In this document: positions 1-12,574 of the stretch, one piece after another
Numbering within the stretch: position 1 is the stretch's first letter
How the letters are laid out: every line of letters starts with the position of its first letter
Assembly (NCBI GenBank): GCA_030265395.1
Contig: JARFYF010000002.1
Coordinates: forward strand, 46,399,529-46,463,528
Direction of reading: 5' to 3'
Length of the DNA: 64,000 bases
Origin: Rhina ancylostomus
Lineage: Eukaryota
Program-made: the position numbers and the translations under genes
Notes under the pieces: model-generated
The model's database searches: none
Told to the model about the DNA's origin: nothing
Seen by the model: the letters and a program-made list of their open reading frames with translations, nothing else

Positions 1-1269
1 AAGGTCCTCAGTGATGGATACTGTCTTCTTGAGGCACTGCCTCTTGAAAATGTCCTTGATGGTGGGGAGGGTAATATTCATTCCTGATGTGGACTCACTA
101 CTACATCAGTCCCTGGAGGAACTCTCTTGAATGAACTACAGGCAGTGAGGGCTTTTATCGTATTGTTTATAAAGTCCTCCAAGCTGTACCTTTCACTTTA
201 AACTTACCCCAACACTGCATGATGAATGCAACATCATCCATCCAAAAACTGCCAACTATGGGACTATTAATCATTAAAATTCTCTTAAAATAACAGTTTT
301 TTAAGAATCTGATGTGTATTCAGAAATACTTGACTTAAAATTGGTTCATATTTAGAACATTAGGTAACAGCTTAACATTTCAGAAAGACATTTTCAATGC
401 CTTGAGCGATAGAACAAAATCAGTGGTGGAACCTGTTTGATAGAGGCAAGCTGGGCTTCCAGAATTTCAATCATATTATGGAAGGTGGCAGGTTTGTGGA
501 TATTTTTTATATTCTCTAGAGAACTAATAAGACAATTTCAACTTCTTGTAACACGTGCTTAATGCATATGATGATGAGTATGAATTACTTTAGCTGCACC
601 AAGTAAAAAGCACAGGATAATTTGATTTTGTGTGAAAGTGTTCATCAGACACCAGCCACTCAGCAGCCCATTTGATACATCTTATGTACTTTACACAAAT
701 AATAATCAGAAGAGTTGCTAAATGGACATCTAGATTGCTATCCCCAATTTACTCTGTCACACAAAGACAGAATTGAGACTGCTGTTGGAACATTTGTATG
801 TCTGGCAGTTCTGAGGTAAAAAATCATAACAAAAGAGTGATACATCAAGTGGTTTAGCTGGTATATTGCAGAATCCATCTGCTCTTTGCTGGCATTTGAA
901 ACAAATAACAGTTTCATCCTCTTTGTGGGAATCCTAATGTCTGGACAGCAGGCTGCTATGGTTACCTGGCAGCTAAGATTGCTTAGCTCTGCTCCTAAAG
1001 CTCACTGGCAGAGCATTGATTATTGTTGCTTTAAAATTACTAGTTGCTTCATGGCTGGGCATGAATGATTTCAAAAGCAGGATGTGGGAAATATTTAGTG
1101 GCAAAAACAGAAAATCTTGTACAAGTAGGACTGGGAGCTGACAAAAGCAAATAATGAGTTGAGCAGAATGGAAGCATTCACTGCAAGGCAAAAGTCTTCT
1201 CACAAGTTGTGTTTTGGGATAAGGAATCAACATTCCATCTGCTTATGGACCTAAAGAAATCTCACACAG

Positions 1270-1670
1270 ATTGAACAAGCTATGTCAGTGTTTACAGTAG
1301 AGGAAGAAGACAAAATGCAGAACATCAGAGAAAGTAGAACTGAATCAAGGACAACGTAACTTACATAGGGAAAATAACAGCTAAGAAGAAAATAATAGCA
1401 CTGAAGATTGACAAATCCCCAGGTCCAGATGGTTTCATCCATGGGTTTAAAATAAGTACCTACAAGTATTGCAGATGCACCAAGAGTAATCTTCCAAAGT
1501 TCTCTTCATTTGAGAGTCATTCCCTCAGATGCGAACATTACAGACACTACTCCATTATTAAAGAAAAATAGAAGATGAAACCAAGGAATTCTGAAAGAGT
1601 TACCTAACCCCTGTTGTGAAAAGTTATTCATTAGTATGTGGGGATATATAGTGACTGAACACAAATGGAG
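1270..1670 (+). mobile_element. Old CR1 LINE ORF2 fragment
   Basis: aaatccccaggtccagatggt encodes KSPGPDG, the motif just before the RT domain of CR1-type ORF2; degenerate. Confidence 0.7.
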
Positions 1671-1744
1671 CTACCACGGAAGATGATCATAGGCTCATAC
1701 CTGCCCTGCTACTTTTTTATTGCTTATACTTTGTTTTCAGTCAC

Positions 1745-2080
1745 AAAACTGGCATTTATTGCTCATTCTTAGAAGATGGTGGTGAACCACATTTTTGAAC
1801 CACTGTTATCCTTGTGGTAGAGGAAGGAGCTCCAAGATTTAGACCATCTAGCAATGAAGGAATGGAGTTATATTTCCAAGTCAGAATGGTGTGCAACTTG
1901 GAGGGGAACTTGCAAGTAGTGGTGTTGCAGTGTATATGGTGTCATTTTGCTTCTTGGTGGGAAGGTCTATGTGTTTGTGAAATGCTGTCAGAGTAGACTT
2001 GGAGGTAACTGCAATGCATTTTATAGATGGTGCACACTGGTGGTACTGTGTGTCAATGCTGGAAGGAAATTAATGTTTAC
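1745..2080 (-). mobile_element. 3' end of a CR1/L2-group LINE (same family as 21075-21900)
   Basis: Reverse complement matches the cacctgcaagttcccctccaag...tgacttggaaatata...gcaataaatgcc tail of the copies at 21.7-21.9 kb and 36.0-36.2 kb. Confidence 0.7.
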
Positions 2081-2619
2081 TGTAGCCATATCTTTTCCAA
2101 TACCTGGAACCTAGTGGGATATTCCCTCAGCTTTACAGGGAGCTACTGAAACCTCTTGCTTCTTGTGCATGTTGGGAATTATAAATTGCATTTATATCAG
2201 ACTAATGGGACTCTGCTACACTCCAAAAAATGAGTTCAGGGAGATCAAATGAAGAGAACCTATCATCTTAAGTGATAATCACTGCATGAACAAATTGGTC
2301 CTGTTATCCTTCATTCAAATGCAGAGCTGGTACTCTTCGTACCAAATACTTAGCAGAATTTGAACCACAGATGTGCAAAGAGTTACTGTTATTCCTCATC
2401 TCCTAAGCAGACACAACAGTAAATCAATCCAAATTTCAGTTCCAGTGTGCACATAAATAGAGATAATTAAATTTCAGAGCTGGATAAGTTACAATTTACT
2501 TATCCACCTCTGAAATATTATTTTTTTGGTGATTGACATACGTTTCTACAATTCTGCACACTCAGGGAAAATGAATATTCTCAGTTAACACAGAGAAGGC
2601 TAACAACAGGGACAGAAAT

Positions 2620-3300
2620 CAGAGCAGAAGCTTGTTCTGCCATTCACAAAGATAATGGTGGAAATTCTGCATAAGTTCTACCCCAACCAATCTCANNNNN
2701 NNNNNNNNNNNNNNNNNNNCAAAAATCTATTGAGCTTAACCTTGGATTTACTCATCAATTGTACATTTACAGACCTCTGGGACAGGCAATCCCAACAATC
2801 ATCTACCCTCTAGCACAAGAAATTTCAATTCATCCCTGTCCTAAATGGTGGACCCCTTAAAATCCCTCTATTCCCTCCTACATTAAAATCTCAAACTTGT
2901 AAAATAGTGTTTCAGTCATCTAAAAATTTTCTGCATTTACCTCTCATCCTTCTAAACTGCAGTGAATGTAGACCATTCTAGTCACTCTCTCTTCACATCC
3001 AAGCCCTGAATTAATTCAATGATTTTTTGTTGCGCTTCATCTAAGGCAAAGATATTGAGCTTCAGCTACACTTATCAGAGCAGAGCTCCCTTTTCTATAA
3101 TTGCAGAAAGGCTCTCTTCCGTGATCTTACAATATCCCTGCAATAAATGATAGCAGAGCATTTGCTAAGTATTAATTGTCCAATTCATGTAACTCATAAA
3201 TCCCTCTGAATACTAGTTACTCTGAATACTCAGTTACTAGTCCCATGTTTTAAAATATACTTTGATTTTTCTTCATAGTGGACAATTTCACACCTCGTCA
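2620..3300 (-). mobile_element. Degenerate CR1 3' fragment
   Basis: Resembles the reverse complement of the CR1 ORF2 C-terminus and 3' UTR seen in better copies in this window. Confidence 0.5.
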
Positions 3301-4432
3301 CATTATACTTTATTTGCCATCTTCTTGCTCACTAAACTGTTTGAATTCCTTCACAGCTTCTTTGTTTCTTCCTCAAAGTTATTTTTCCAACCAGCATAGT
3401 ATGGCTGAGCTGCTGCATCCTGATTTGATTTCCAACCTTTGCCTCCTGGCATTCATCATCACACATCAGAGCTTCCAATTACCCCTCAAATAATTTGAAA
3501 CTTTATTCATTGTAAGGAAGCAGGTTTATCTGTAGTATTCAGTAAAAGGGGAATTGAGAAACCTCAAACAACACTTTAAAAATTCCAGAATTCTTTGTAG
3601 TATAAATGGAATTTGACTTATTTGGCCATTGTAAACTAATGGTCCAGATTATAAATGTTCATTTAAAAATTCTGAAAAATAAAGATACAGGGTAAACAAA
3701 TCATTTTAAGCACTTCCTTGAAATGCCCCTTAATTTTCTTTTGCTCACAACATTTCCCAGGGTGTGTTTTGAATGGCCCAGACTGGGAGGCATTTATGGA
3801 TGGTATAACTGTTCTTTTCATGAGATTGCCAGTATTTGGAATGACTGTCAATGACAAATCTTGTTCCATTTTAGGTACCAAACATTAAGAACCAGTGTTT
3901 GCTCAGAACTGACAAAGTCCCATCCATTGAATCAAAGACTATAGTCATTGCAATGTTTAGTTTAGCCTACATGCTAATAATGATATGTAGTCAATGGCTC
4001 TATTATTTTCTGACCATCAGGATGATAGAAGACAGGCAAGATGGACTTTGTTCATTTTTGTCTAGAAACCTCTGTATAAACTTAATATTTTCATCTCTAC
4101 AACTATTCTAAGAGTGTTACTGTCAACATTTCAAAGAAAATAGTTGGAATTCTTTCATTTTTTAAGATCTTTGTTTATTTGCACAATTTGTGAATATTAT
4201 TGCAAATAACTATGTAGCTATTATATGGAGATGTATGCATTGACAATGTATTTTGATCTTTTCAGTACAGTGAGCTCTATTCAAGTAAAGCAATCCTAAC
4301 TTTTTGTCCGATGTATCGTCAAGGTGGAAATATTAATGCTGAGGAACAGAAGGTCTCTCACTGGCAGTATAAGGCACTCACAAATCAAAGGCAACACAAC
4401 TAAACACAGGGCAAAAGCACATTTCAATATCG

Positions 4433-4810
4433 AGAGTCAGAGTCACACAGCACAGAAACAGGCCTTCAGCCCACCAGGTCCTGGCCAACCTTTCTGCTCA
4501 TCCACACTAATCCCATTTGCCTGCATTAGGACCAAATCCTTCTATTGCCTTGTCTATTTGTGTCTATCTAAAGCCTCTTAAACATAGTAATTGTATCTGA
4601 TTCCATCACCTCTTCTGGCATTGGGTTCCAGGTATCAACCACTGTGTTATAGAATTTACCCTCAAATCCCCTTCAAAACTCCTTCCTCTCACCTCAAACC
4701 TATGCAATCTTGTTTTTGATACCGCTATCATGGGAAAAAGATTTTGACTATGTACCTTATCTATGCCTCTCGTAATCTTATATACTTCTGTCTGGTCACT
4801 TCTACTCTCC
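4433..4810 (-). mobile_element. CR1 LINE 3' end
   Basis: Minus ORF EVYKITRGIDKVHSQNLFPMIAVSKTRLHRFEVRGRSFEGDLR is typical CR1 ORF2 C-terminus; tail shared with 9230-9360. Confidence 0.85.
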
Positions 4811-4898
4811 TGGATGTAGGCCTCAGCTCCAATCTCACCACTATGCATGTACCATATTTTTCTGTTTCTCCTACAAGCCTTCCTGAAAAAAGCGCCAT

Positions 4899-4980
4899 CT
4901 TTCTTTTCAATCTTTTTATTGAATTTCAAATTAATTCAAATTGATGTACATAACATTAATAATTATACATATGATACAAA
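4899..4980 (-). mobile_element. L1 3' terminus running into a gap
   Basis: Near-identical to 8264-8325 (tttcaatctttttattgaatttcaaattaat). Confidence 0.7.
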
Positions 4981-5759
4981 NNNNNNNNNNNNNNNNNNNN
5001 NNNNNNNNNNNNNNNNNNNNNNNNNNNNNNNNNNNNNNNNNNNNNNNNNNNNNNNNNNNNNNNNNNNNNNNNNNNNNNNNGTGTTATTTATGCAAATACC
5101 AGATTGTGTGCCCGAACAAGAAAAAGCAGTTTTGTTCTGTTTTTAAACAAAGCAGCAAAAACAAATTCAAAGACTGAATGATGTTGAATTGGTGGTATGC
5201 TGCAAATTTAAAACAGTTTTAGCTGCTAAGAAAATGTTACCATGTGTAATTCTCAGATCATCAACATTGTGTGCAAATCTCTGGACTAGCGAGTCATCTT
5301 AATGATAGTGAGCCAACAACATTATTACTTGATGCAGCAATGATAGAACTTACTTCAAACATTACTGAAGCTAATCCTCAAGGAATCATTTTTGCCCTTA
5401 CCATGTTAAAGCCAATTAATGAACACAAGTTAGGGCAATCTTCCTATTGAGTGATTAGTCCACGAGCTATTGTTCTGAACCACACTGAACAGATTTGATA
5501 GCAAGAGAATGCTTAAATTTTACATAATTCATGGTGGGAATGGCCTCTGGCTGTTGACTTCAATGGAAAAGCCAACAATGTGACTAAAAAGGGCAGGTGG
5601 TCCACTAACAACAATTTTAAATTTCATTTTTATCTCCAACTTCCAAGACAGTCAAGAGTCTTCTTGTATTGGAGCAATCATCAGTCTGCCATTGGACAGC
5701 ATGCAGTGACTTGTGTCTCCCTTCTTGCACTGGATATCACTATAGTAGAGAAAACTCAC

Positions 5760-5806
5760 CACACAGTCCACAGTTCTGGAGAGCCAAGTAACCGCTCATC
5801 AATGGA
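5760..5806 (-). other. Small candidate exon (47 nt), apparently intact
   Basis: actaaatgttgcag|TCCATT...TGTGTG|gtgagt; open in two frames (PLMSGYLALQNCGLC / SIDERLLGSPELWTV). Confidence 0.45.
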
Positions 5807-8263
5807 CTGCAACATTTAGTGTAATAAATAGCAAACATTTCTGGATTACAAAGATGCATTGCACATAATGTGTAGTTGGGTTGCAGTGTAAAGATGGGTA
5901 CAGAAATTTGACCTCACATAGAAACCTGCCTTAATTGGCTCTGCATAGGGTATCTATTGCTAGTTGGAACCAGGGATGTTGGCAAGTGATATTTCTCTAC
6001 AGATATTGAGCACTCAAAGTGGCCTGCTTTCCTGCCTGTAGCTGGCCTCTGACATATGCATAGTTACAGCAGTATCACATGTACACTACCAACAAGTAAT
6101 AATGGTGCTGTTTTCTCAAGATCCCGTGTGCGTAGATGCACTACATACGTTGAAGCACAAGGTCCAAATGTACGATATACATTAATCAATCACAATCATA
6201 TTCAGTGATTGATTTTACATCTCAAACCTATTTGAATGCTGTATTAAAAAAAATTCTACTTTTCTAGGCCTTTTATTAAGAGAGTGTCCAGAACCTTTTG
6301 GTAGTTATCTCCTTGATGGACATCATTGCAGCTGATATTTTTCTTTGACATATATATGCATTCTTGTTCTCTGCCCAACATTTAAAAATCACAGTCGCTT
6401 CCCTCTTTTGTGATGCTTTATCGTTGAAACATCTTTAAGTACCAATATTTTCTTCCACAAACACAGATCATTAAATAGCTCCATAAAATTAGATTCATTG
6501 AAAGAACTGGATTTCCTAATGTAAATATAAAGATTTTTTTCTCCAAAACAAAGGAAATTAGAATAAAAGAGATCTAGATGACATCATCTGAACTTGCTCA
6601 AAAGACTACAATGCCAGAAAATGTTCAATAGCAGCTAGATTCATTGCTAGATCGTTCCAGTTCAGGGGCAAATGCATTAACTTCCCACCAGAACCAATAA
6701 TAAAAGCCTTACACAGATGAGAAGGACTTGCATCTCCATCTTACATAGGTTCAAAACCTCTAAACAATTTTAAACAAATCATCATAAACTCTGCTGAGTT
6801 AAATACGTTGATGCAACAGTCTTCATGGTAGATCTCTGGTATAATGGTTTTAAGTGTTTCATAGAAAATACAGGATTGGAATTATTTTCCATCTGTACTT
6901 ATAGCATAGAATTAACATTAGGCATTAGGTAAGTTCCTGAATAAATGTAATCTGTGAAGTTACTGGGTTTTGTGGTGCTTCTAAGCTGGACTGAATGACA
7001 CTGGACCATCCATCCCACTGGTGAGACCCTTCCTGAGGACATATTGTATGTCCTTCTCATGGCAGTTTTTCTTCACAATTCTTTTGAAATCATTCAAAAA
7101 ATCCAAATGTCTGCTAACTCTTCAATTGAAGTCTTTTTATTCATTTGATTACATATACCAATTAGATCTACTACCAGAACAAATCTCTAATTGGATTCTA
7201 GCCTTGATTTTGAACCACCCTATTGTTTCTAGGCTCTACTTCAAGCTTACATTCCATTGCTTCAGTGTTAAATGATATTAATTCCCTTCTAAGAAGGTAT
7301 TCACAGTGCAATATTTAACAACCTGTAATTCTACACGGTCTATCAAAGACTGCTGTAATATATCGAAAATTATGAACGCTAGTTTCTTCTGTTTTGACAG
7401 AATGCAGACTGAATTGCTGCATTTCATCCACTACTAAAATCAGGTCTTTCATCAGTTCACAACCTTATTAATCCTATTCAGTAGCATGCTATTAAATACC
7501 TTTCCTTGAAATAATGCTAAAGTTGTTGCACCCTAAATCTTTAGCACAATGGAAGGTCTCTAAGCTTCAGTAACTCTGTAAGAAGATCATCCTCTCAATC
7601 CATGAAAGTCTTTTTCATCTATGCTGTATTTGATCAGGTTGCTGACTCCTTTGCAGTATGCCTCCACCACTCCAATCATCTTTCTAGTTTTATGGTTCAT
7701 TCAGCTTAATTCTTTTTTGTCTCAGGTTATGACATTATTTTTCTTGTAATCTTCAGCTTTACTTCTGGCTGATGGCTGTTCAAAACCTTCCAAAAGGTCT
7801 CCACTAATACCTGTACAACAAAAACTGTTTAACCTTCATATCGATCTTATACACAAACTCACTGCCAGTGCTTTTTGTAACAATGGCCAAATTCTATATT
7901 ATCACACCCAAGACACAGGACATGCTTAGAATTACATGCAGATTTCAAGAGGAAATAAACAGAGTCCTTAAAAAAAAAGATGTATACTAATATAGCATAA
8001 TGACACAATGTTACATCCCGACCCATGTTAATTAGAAAAAAACATTTATTTTTTTTACCTTTATATTACTCCTTAACAAAGTCTCTTGGACACTAGGGAA
8101 GTTTCTACTCATACAATTGATAAAGCAGGGATATTTCTGGATGAAAGGACATTGGCTGTTGTGTCAGCTGGGATCACTGAATTTCTTCTACATCTCTTAA
8201 GGTTATCAATTTTGGATTCACCAACAATGGAGGGTGTTTTGAGTATTTTGAAGAATGATGCAT

Positions 8264-8316
8264 TTCTTTCTTTTTCAATCCTTTTATCGAATTTCAAATT
8301 AATATACATAACATTA

Positions 8317-8361
<45 letters not shown>

Positions 8362-8810
8362 GGTGTGAAGAGATCGGGATAACAATAAATCAGTCATATT
8401 TATACTCACAAAGAGTAAAATATGTAATCTAGACCTCCCACACTCTTGCTAAGTGTACATGATGGGAAAAAAATTGAAAAGAAATTTAGTTATATGAAGA
8501 GAAAACTCTCAAAACAAATAAAAATTATAATATTAAATAAAAGCAAACCAAAAACTTCAAAGAAAAAAAACTGGACTGATATTTCTTTGATTAAAAAAAA
8601 AATTCTTATGTCGTCAGCTCCACTCCTCTATATTCAAAGGTTATTGAAGAGCATTCGAGAAAGCTCTGCTTACATCACATGGAACTATTGAATAAATGAA
8701 CTCCAAACTTCCTCAAATTTAAGCGAAGGATCAACAGTACCAGTCCTAATTTTTTCTAAGTTTAAACATGTCATAGTTTGAGAAAACCATTGAAATGTCA
8801 TCGGGGGTAA
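8264..8810 (-). mobile_element. 5'-truncated L1 (ORF2 C-terminus, 3' UTR, A-rich tail)
   Basis: PPMTFQWFSQTMTCLNLEKIRTGTVDPSLKFEEVWSSFIQ resembles the L1-clade ORF2 end; T-rich 3' UTR; internal (TA)n. Confidence 0.8.
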
Positions 8811-9229
8811 TTGCCATTTAATACAAGTTTTATGTTCACCTTCAAACTGAACAGACATAGGATTGGTACTCAACAAACTCCTTTCTGATTAAAAAGAGAA
8901 ATCTTTAACCTCATCATTTGAACCCAGGTTGTAGATGTGAAAGTCCAATGTCCCACTGCTGATTATTTGTTTTGGAGACTTCACAGAAAAGGGAAACATG
9001 TTTTTCTGCATATTCTACCATCTCACTGAAAGTGTTTTCTGAATGTTATAACTCTACTGTGTGTAGGCCATGAAAGAGTCTAGTTTGTAATGAGTTGGTT
9101 GGTGTTAGGTAAAGGCTTGTAGTGAGAGAGTTACATTTGGCTGCAATATCCAAGTTGGAAAAAATAAAAGTTAATCTGATTTTCCTCCACAGATTGCTGG
9201 CTTAACATAAAAAAACATTTTTATATTTA

Positions 9230-9360
9230 GAGTTAGAGTCAGAGTCACACAGCACAGAAACAGGCCTTTGGTTCGCCAGGTCCTGGCCAACTTTTCTGCT
9301 CATTTACACTAATCCTATTTGCCTGCCTTAGGACCACATCCTTCTGTTGCCTTGTCTATT
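9230..9360 (-). mobile_element. Short CR1 3' tail
   Basis: agagtcagagtcacacagcacagaaacaggcc... nearly identical to 4433-4560. Confidence 0.8.
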
Positions 9361-9436
9361 TGGCTGCAATATCCAAGTTAGAAAAAGTAAAAGTTAACTT
9401 GATTTTCCTCCACTGTTGCTGGCTAAAAATTAAAAA

Positions 9437-9585
9437 AAACAGAAAATGGTGGAAATACTCAACAGGTTAGGCCACATCTGTGGGAAGAGAAACAAAGTCA
9501 ATATTTCAGGTCAAAGATGTGGCCTGACCTGCTGCTTTTTTCCAACATTTTCTGTTTGTATTTTAGATTTCCACCATCTGCAAGA
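9437..9585. mobile_element. Penelope-derived foldback repeat
   Basis: aaacagaaaatggtggaaa...caggttaggccacatct pairs with agatgtggcctgacctg...ttccaacattttctgttt. Confidence 0.6.
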
Positions 9586-9614
9586 CTTTTTGCTAGCCAT
9601 TGGCTTTTGTAAGT

Positions 9615-10012
9615 TGTGTGTGTGTATGTGTGTGTGTGTGTGTGTGGTTTGAAGGGGTAACGTGTGCGTGAGGAGGCGCATGTGTGGAGGGGAGGTGTGT
9701 GTGTATTGTAGGGATTTGTCTGTACGTGTGTTTGTGTGTATGGAGGGGATGTTCGTGAGACAGATGTATGCATAGGCAATGTGTGTGTGGGGGTGAGAAT
9801 TTGCGTGTATGTGTGTACACGCACATGTGTGTGCATGCAACTGTAAAGGACTGTCTGCCTACTTATAGACATTTGAGTGCCTAGTTGGAGCAGTGTGTGT
9901 GTGTGCATATTGTGTGTTTGCATGCATACATATGTAGAAGTGTGTTTGTGCATGCATACATGTGTGCAGAAGTGCATGTGTGTGCATAGGTGTGTGTGCA
10001 TGCATGTGTGAG
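9615..10012. repeat. Degenerate (TG)n/(TGCA)n microsatellite tract
   Basis: About 400 bp of alternating purine-pyrimidine sequence; source of the His/Thr-rich spurious ORFs. Confidence 0.95.
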
Positions 10013-10072
10013 AGATATAAATAGTGCATACATTTGTGCCCACGTCAGGAACAAGGTTAGTTCTGAACTCAC

Positions 10073-10115
10073 CATGACCGACTCACTGTCTCCAGCCCTG
10101 TACATGGAACAGCGG
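10073..10115 (-). other. Small candidate exon (43 nt), apparently intact
   Basis: aacattttag|CCGCTG...GTCATG|gtgagt; open in two frames (AVPCTGLETVSRS / RCSMYRAGDSESVM); CpGs retained. Confidence 0.45.
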
Positions 10116-11368
10116 CTAAAATGTTACTAAAGTGTTTGGAGCTGTACTTGAGCAGAGAAGGACTGAAGGGAGAAAACTGGAGAGAAAACGCCAAATTCTG
10201 AAACTACAGTAACCCCTTTAGATATTGAAATGCTTCACCTTCACATAAAGATTGAGGGGAATGTTTCACCTTCCTGTGAGACAAAAGACTTGGCAGACAT
10301 CCTAAGTGCAATTATGTTCTTTTGAGTGATGCAGAAGTCTTGATGACAGTTATTTTCCAGGGCAGCACTGCAGCAATCAGGGATCTGAGAGGTTTCCCAT
10401 GTGAAGCGTTTGCAAGAGTGGTCAAAGTGTCAATGATCCCCAGAGTGCAGTGCCTGGTCTGTCAAAAGGAGCTGATGCTGAGCAGTGATAAGTTCCAAGC
10501 TGCTGCCACATCCCAACAATGATTAGATACCCTTGTCTTAGATTTTCATGCAAATACCGTCATTATGAAGATAGCATGTTTGGACTGAATGACAATGGAT
10601 AATCAAAGCACTTGCAATCTTTGAATTCTTTATGACTAAGTAACTATGAGTTTTATTTAAACATTCCATTTATGTGGAGCCATTTGAACTTCATCAAGGG
10701 TCAATTTGGACAGAAGTATGTTGTGTAAAATGTCACCAATCTCTTAAATCATTTAATTCAAAGAAAAAAGGAACAAGGTGTCTGCATGCAAACTTGCTTA
10801 GACCTAATGTGAAACCATTAATTATCAACTTTATTACTTTTTAAAATGCTCCTAATTCAATACAGTTTCTTTAAGCTTGCAGTTAGAACTTCAAGTTCAT
10901 TTTCAAAGATCTATCCATGTCGGTAATTCAATCATTATTCACTGAACTCGTGACAAAGTGGGGAAATAGAGCAACAGCCTAATATCAGTAGAATTTGTCT
11001 TGTTTTATTTAATGAGAGTTGGTGCTTTCCATAGATTATTCATACATTTGTTTAGAATAAACATTGCAGTGTGTTTTTGTTTAATATAGGTTACTGCTTT
11101 TCTCGCTCCCTCTTTGCATTCCATATTGTTCATTTATCATTACTGACCAGAGAGGGAAGATCCTAGAAATTATCCACTTTGATTTGGGGAAAATATGACT
11201 TTTTTCCAAAAGATTGGAGATAGGGTGTGCAGGACTTAAAGCTGGACCTGGGAATCCCAGAGTTCCTTCCCCAAGGAGGTGAGCTATGCAAATGGCAGGA
11301 TACAGAAGACAAAACTTATTTTCTTTTCACAAATGTCTTTAGTCAAGAAAATATTGTAGTGAACTTAC

Positions 11369-11574
11369 CTTTGGCCTGTAAGTAGCAACATGGATAAACT
11401 GCAAAGTTCGCTAAACTGTGTTGAGCTTGGAGTCACAATTTGCTATCTCAGCCAATGGATGACATTTCCCATGCACCATGGCTAACAAAGAAATGGAGTT
11501 GTGGAAATCTACTTATTCCAGCAAGCCATTAAGAAGCTTATGCTTTGAAATCCTTTGTGGCTTTTGTGGCATGT
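11369..11574 (-). pseudogene. Putative pseudo-exon (206 nt)
   Basis: ttgtatctctag|ACATG...CAAAG|gtaagt, both sites consensus; all three frames contain stops (2-4). Confidence 0.5.
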
Positions 11575-11844
11575 CTAGAGATACAACAGGATGACAGTGA
11601 AATTACTGAGGTGCACAGGGTACCAAAAAGATACATTATTCCTCAAGGGTTTGCAGACTAAAACCAAGCCTCTAAACACCCTGTCACCACAAAACCACAG
11701 AATATGTTTCTGAACACTGGAGTTTGTAACCCAAAATGCTTTTACTTGGTGCATTAAAATTTGCAATAAATATGACTTCCTCGTCATGTTTCCAGTCATC
11801 TAATCCCTCCTCAGTCCTATACTACAATTTCATTTATGTGCTAC

Positions 11845-12357
11845 CTAAGGGCCAGTGGTGTTTGGCTGAGCATTGAAATGATCAGCCTCTGAACTCCAGA
11901 GATGTCTTGGATCTCAGAACTTCCAAACCCCCGGGAGTTAGTGCCATCCCATTTTCCTGGGAAGCCGGTATCTTTAACCTTCTGCTCACATTGGAAAGCA
12001 TCTGAGGAGCTGACTATAAAGATCACAGGAGCTGACAAATAGATTAAGGGAGTATCAATGGGGCTGAGTCTAGGTACACCCTGATCTACTTAACTACTGA
12101 TAAGCAAATGGGGGGAGCAAGTAACTGCATTTATAGTACTGATTTTAAGAGAACTGGATCCCGAGGTTCTAAGACCAGTGGTTGACAACCCCACCAAACA
12201 GGATCGGACTCTTTTGATTTCTGGCAATCTTGGGCTCTGTTGGTTACCTGGTGACTGAACCCCATCAGATAATTCTGTGTTCTCTATTGTGATGATCTAC
12301 CTCAATCATGAGAGACGCAGAAATTCCCTGATAGCCGAGGACCAGAAGAAAGCCAAT
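11845..12357 (-). pseudogene. Putative pseudo-exon (513 nt) with mutated acceptor
   Basis: Long T tract ending tgcaa (AG->AA); donor TTAG|gtagca; only one stop in the last ~150 codons (...RLPEIKRVRSCLVGL...PLIYLSAPVIFIVSSSDAFQCEQKVKDTGFPGKWDGTNSRGFGSSEIQDISGVQRLIISMLSQTPLALR). Confidence 0.55.
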
Positions 12358-12574
12358 TTGCAAAAAAAAGAACACAAGAAACGGAATAAGAGAAGGTCAC
12401 TCAAACAGTCAAGTCTGGTTCTTCCATAGAATAAGTGTGTAATCTTGCAAGAAAACTATCTACCCTTTGTGTTTCATATCCCTTTAAGTCATCTAGTTCT
12501 TTGGAGTCACAAGAATGACTGTACTCCAGGAACCTGTGCTCCCTCTTGGGTAATGTGCATTTCAGAATGAGTAT

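Noticed and set aside
966-994. Possible 29-nt minus-strand exon (GAELSNLSCQ)
   Set aside because: Acceptor lacks a pyrimidine tract; too weak to call
9498-10105. His/Thr-rich ORFs up to 181 aa
   Set aside because: Translations of the (TG)n microsatellite
11369-11574. RFPQLHFF resembling tubulin FPRLHFF; dystroglycan- or VWD-like readings of nearby exons
   Set aside because: Similarity does not extend beyond a few residues
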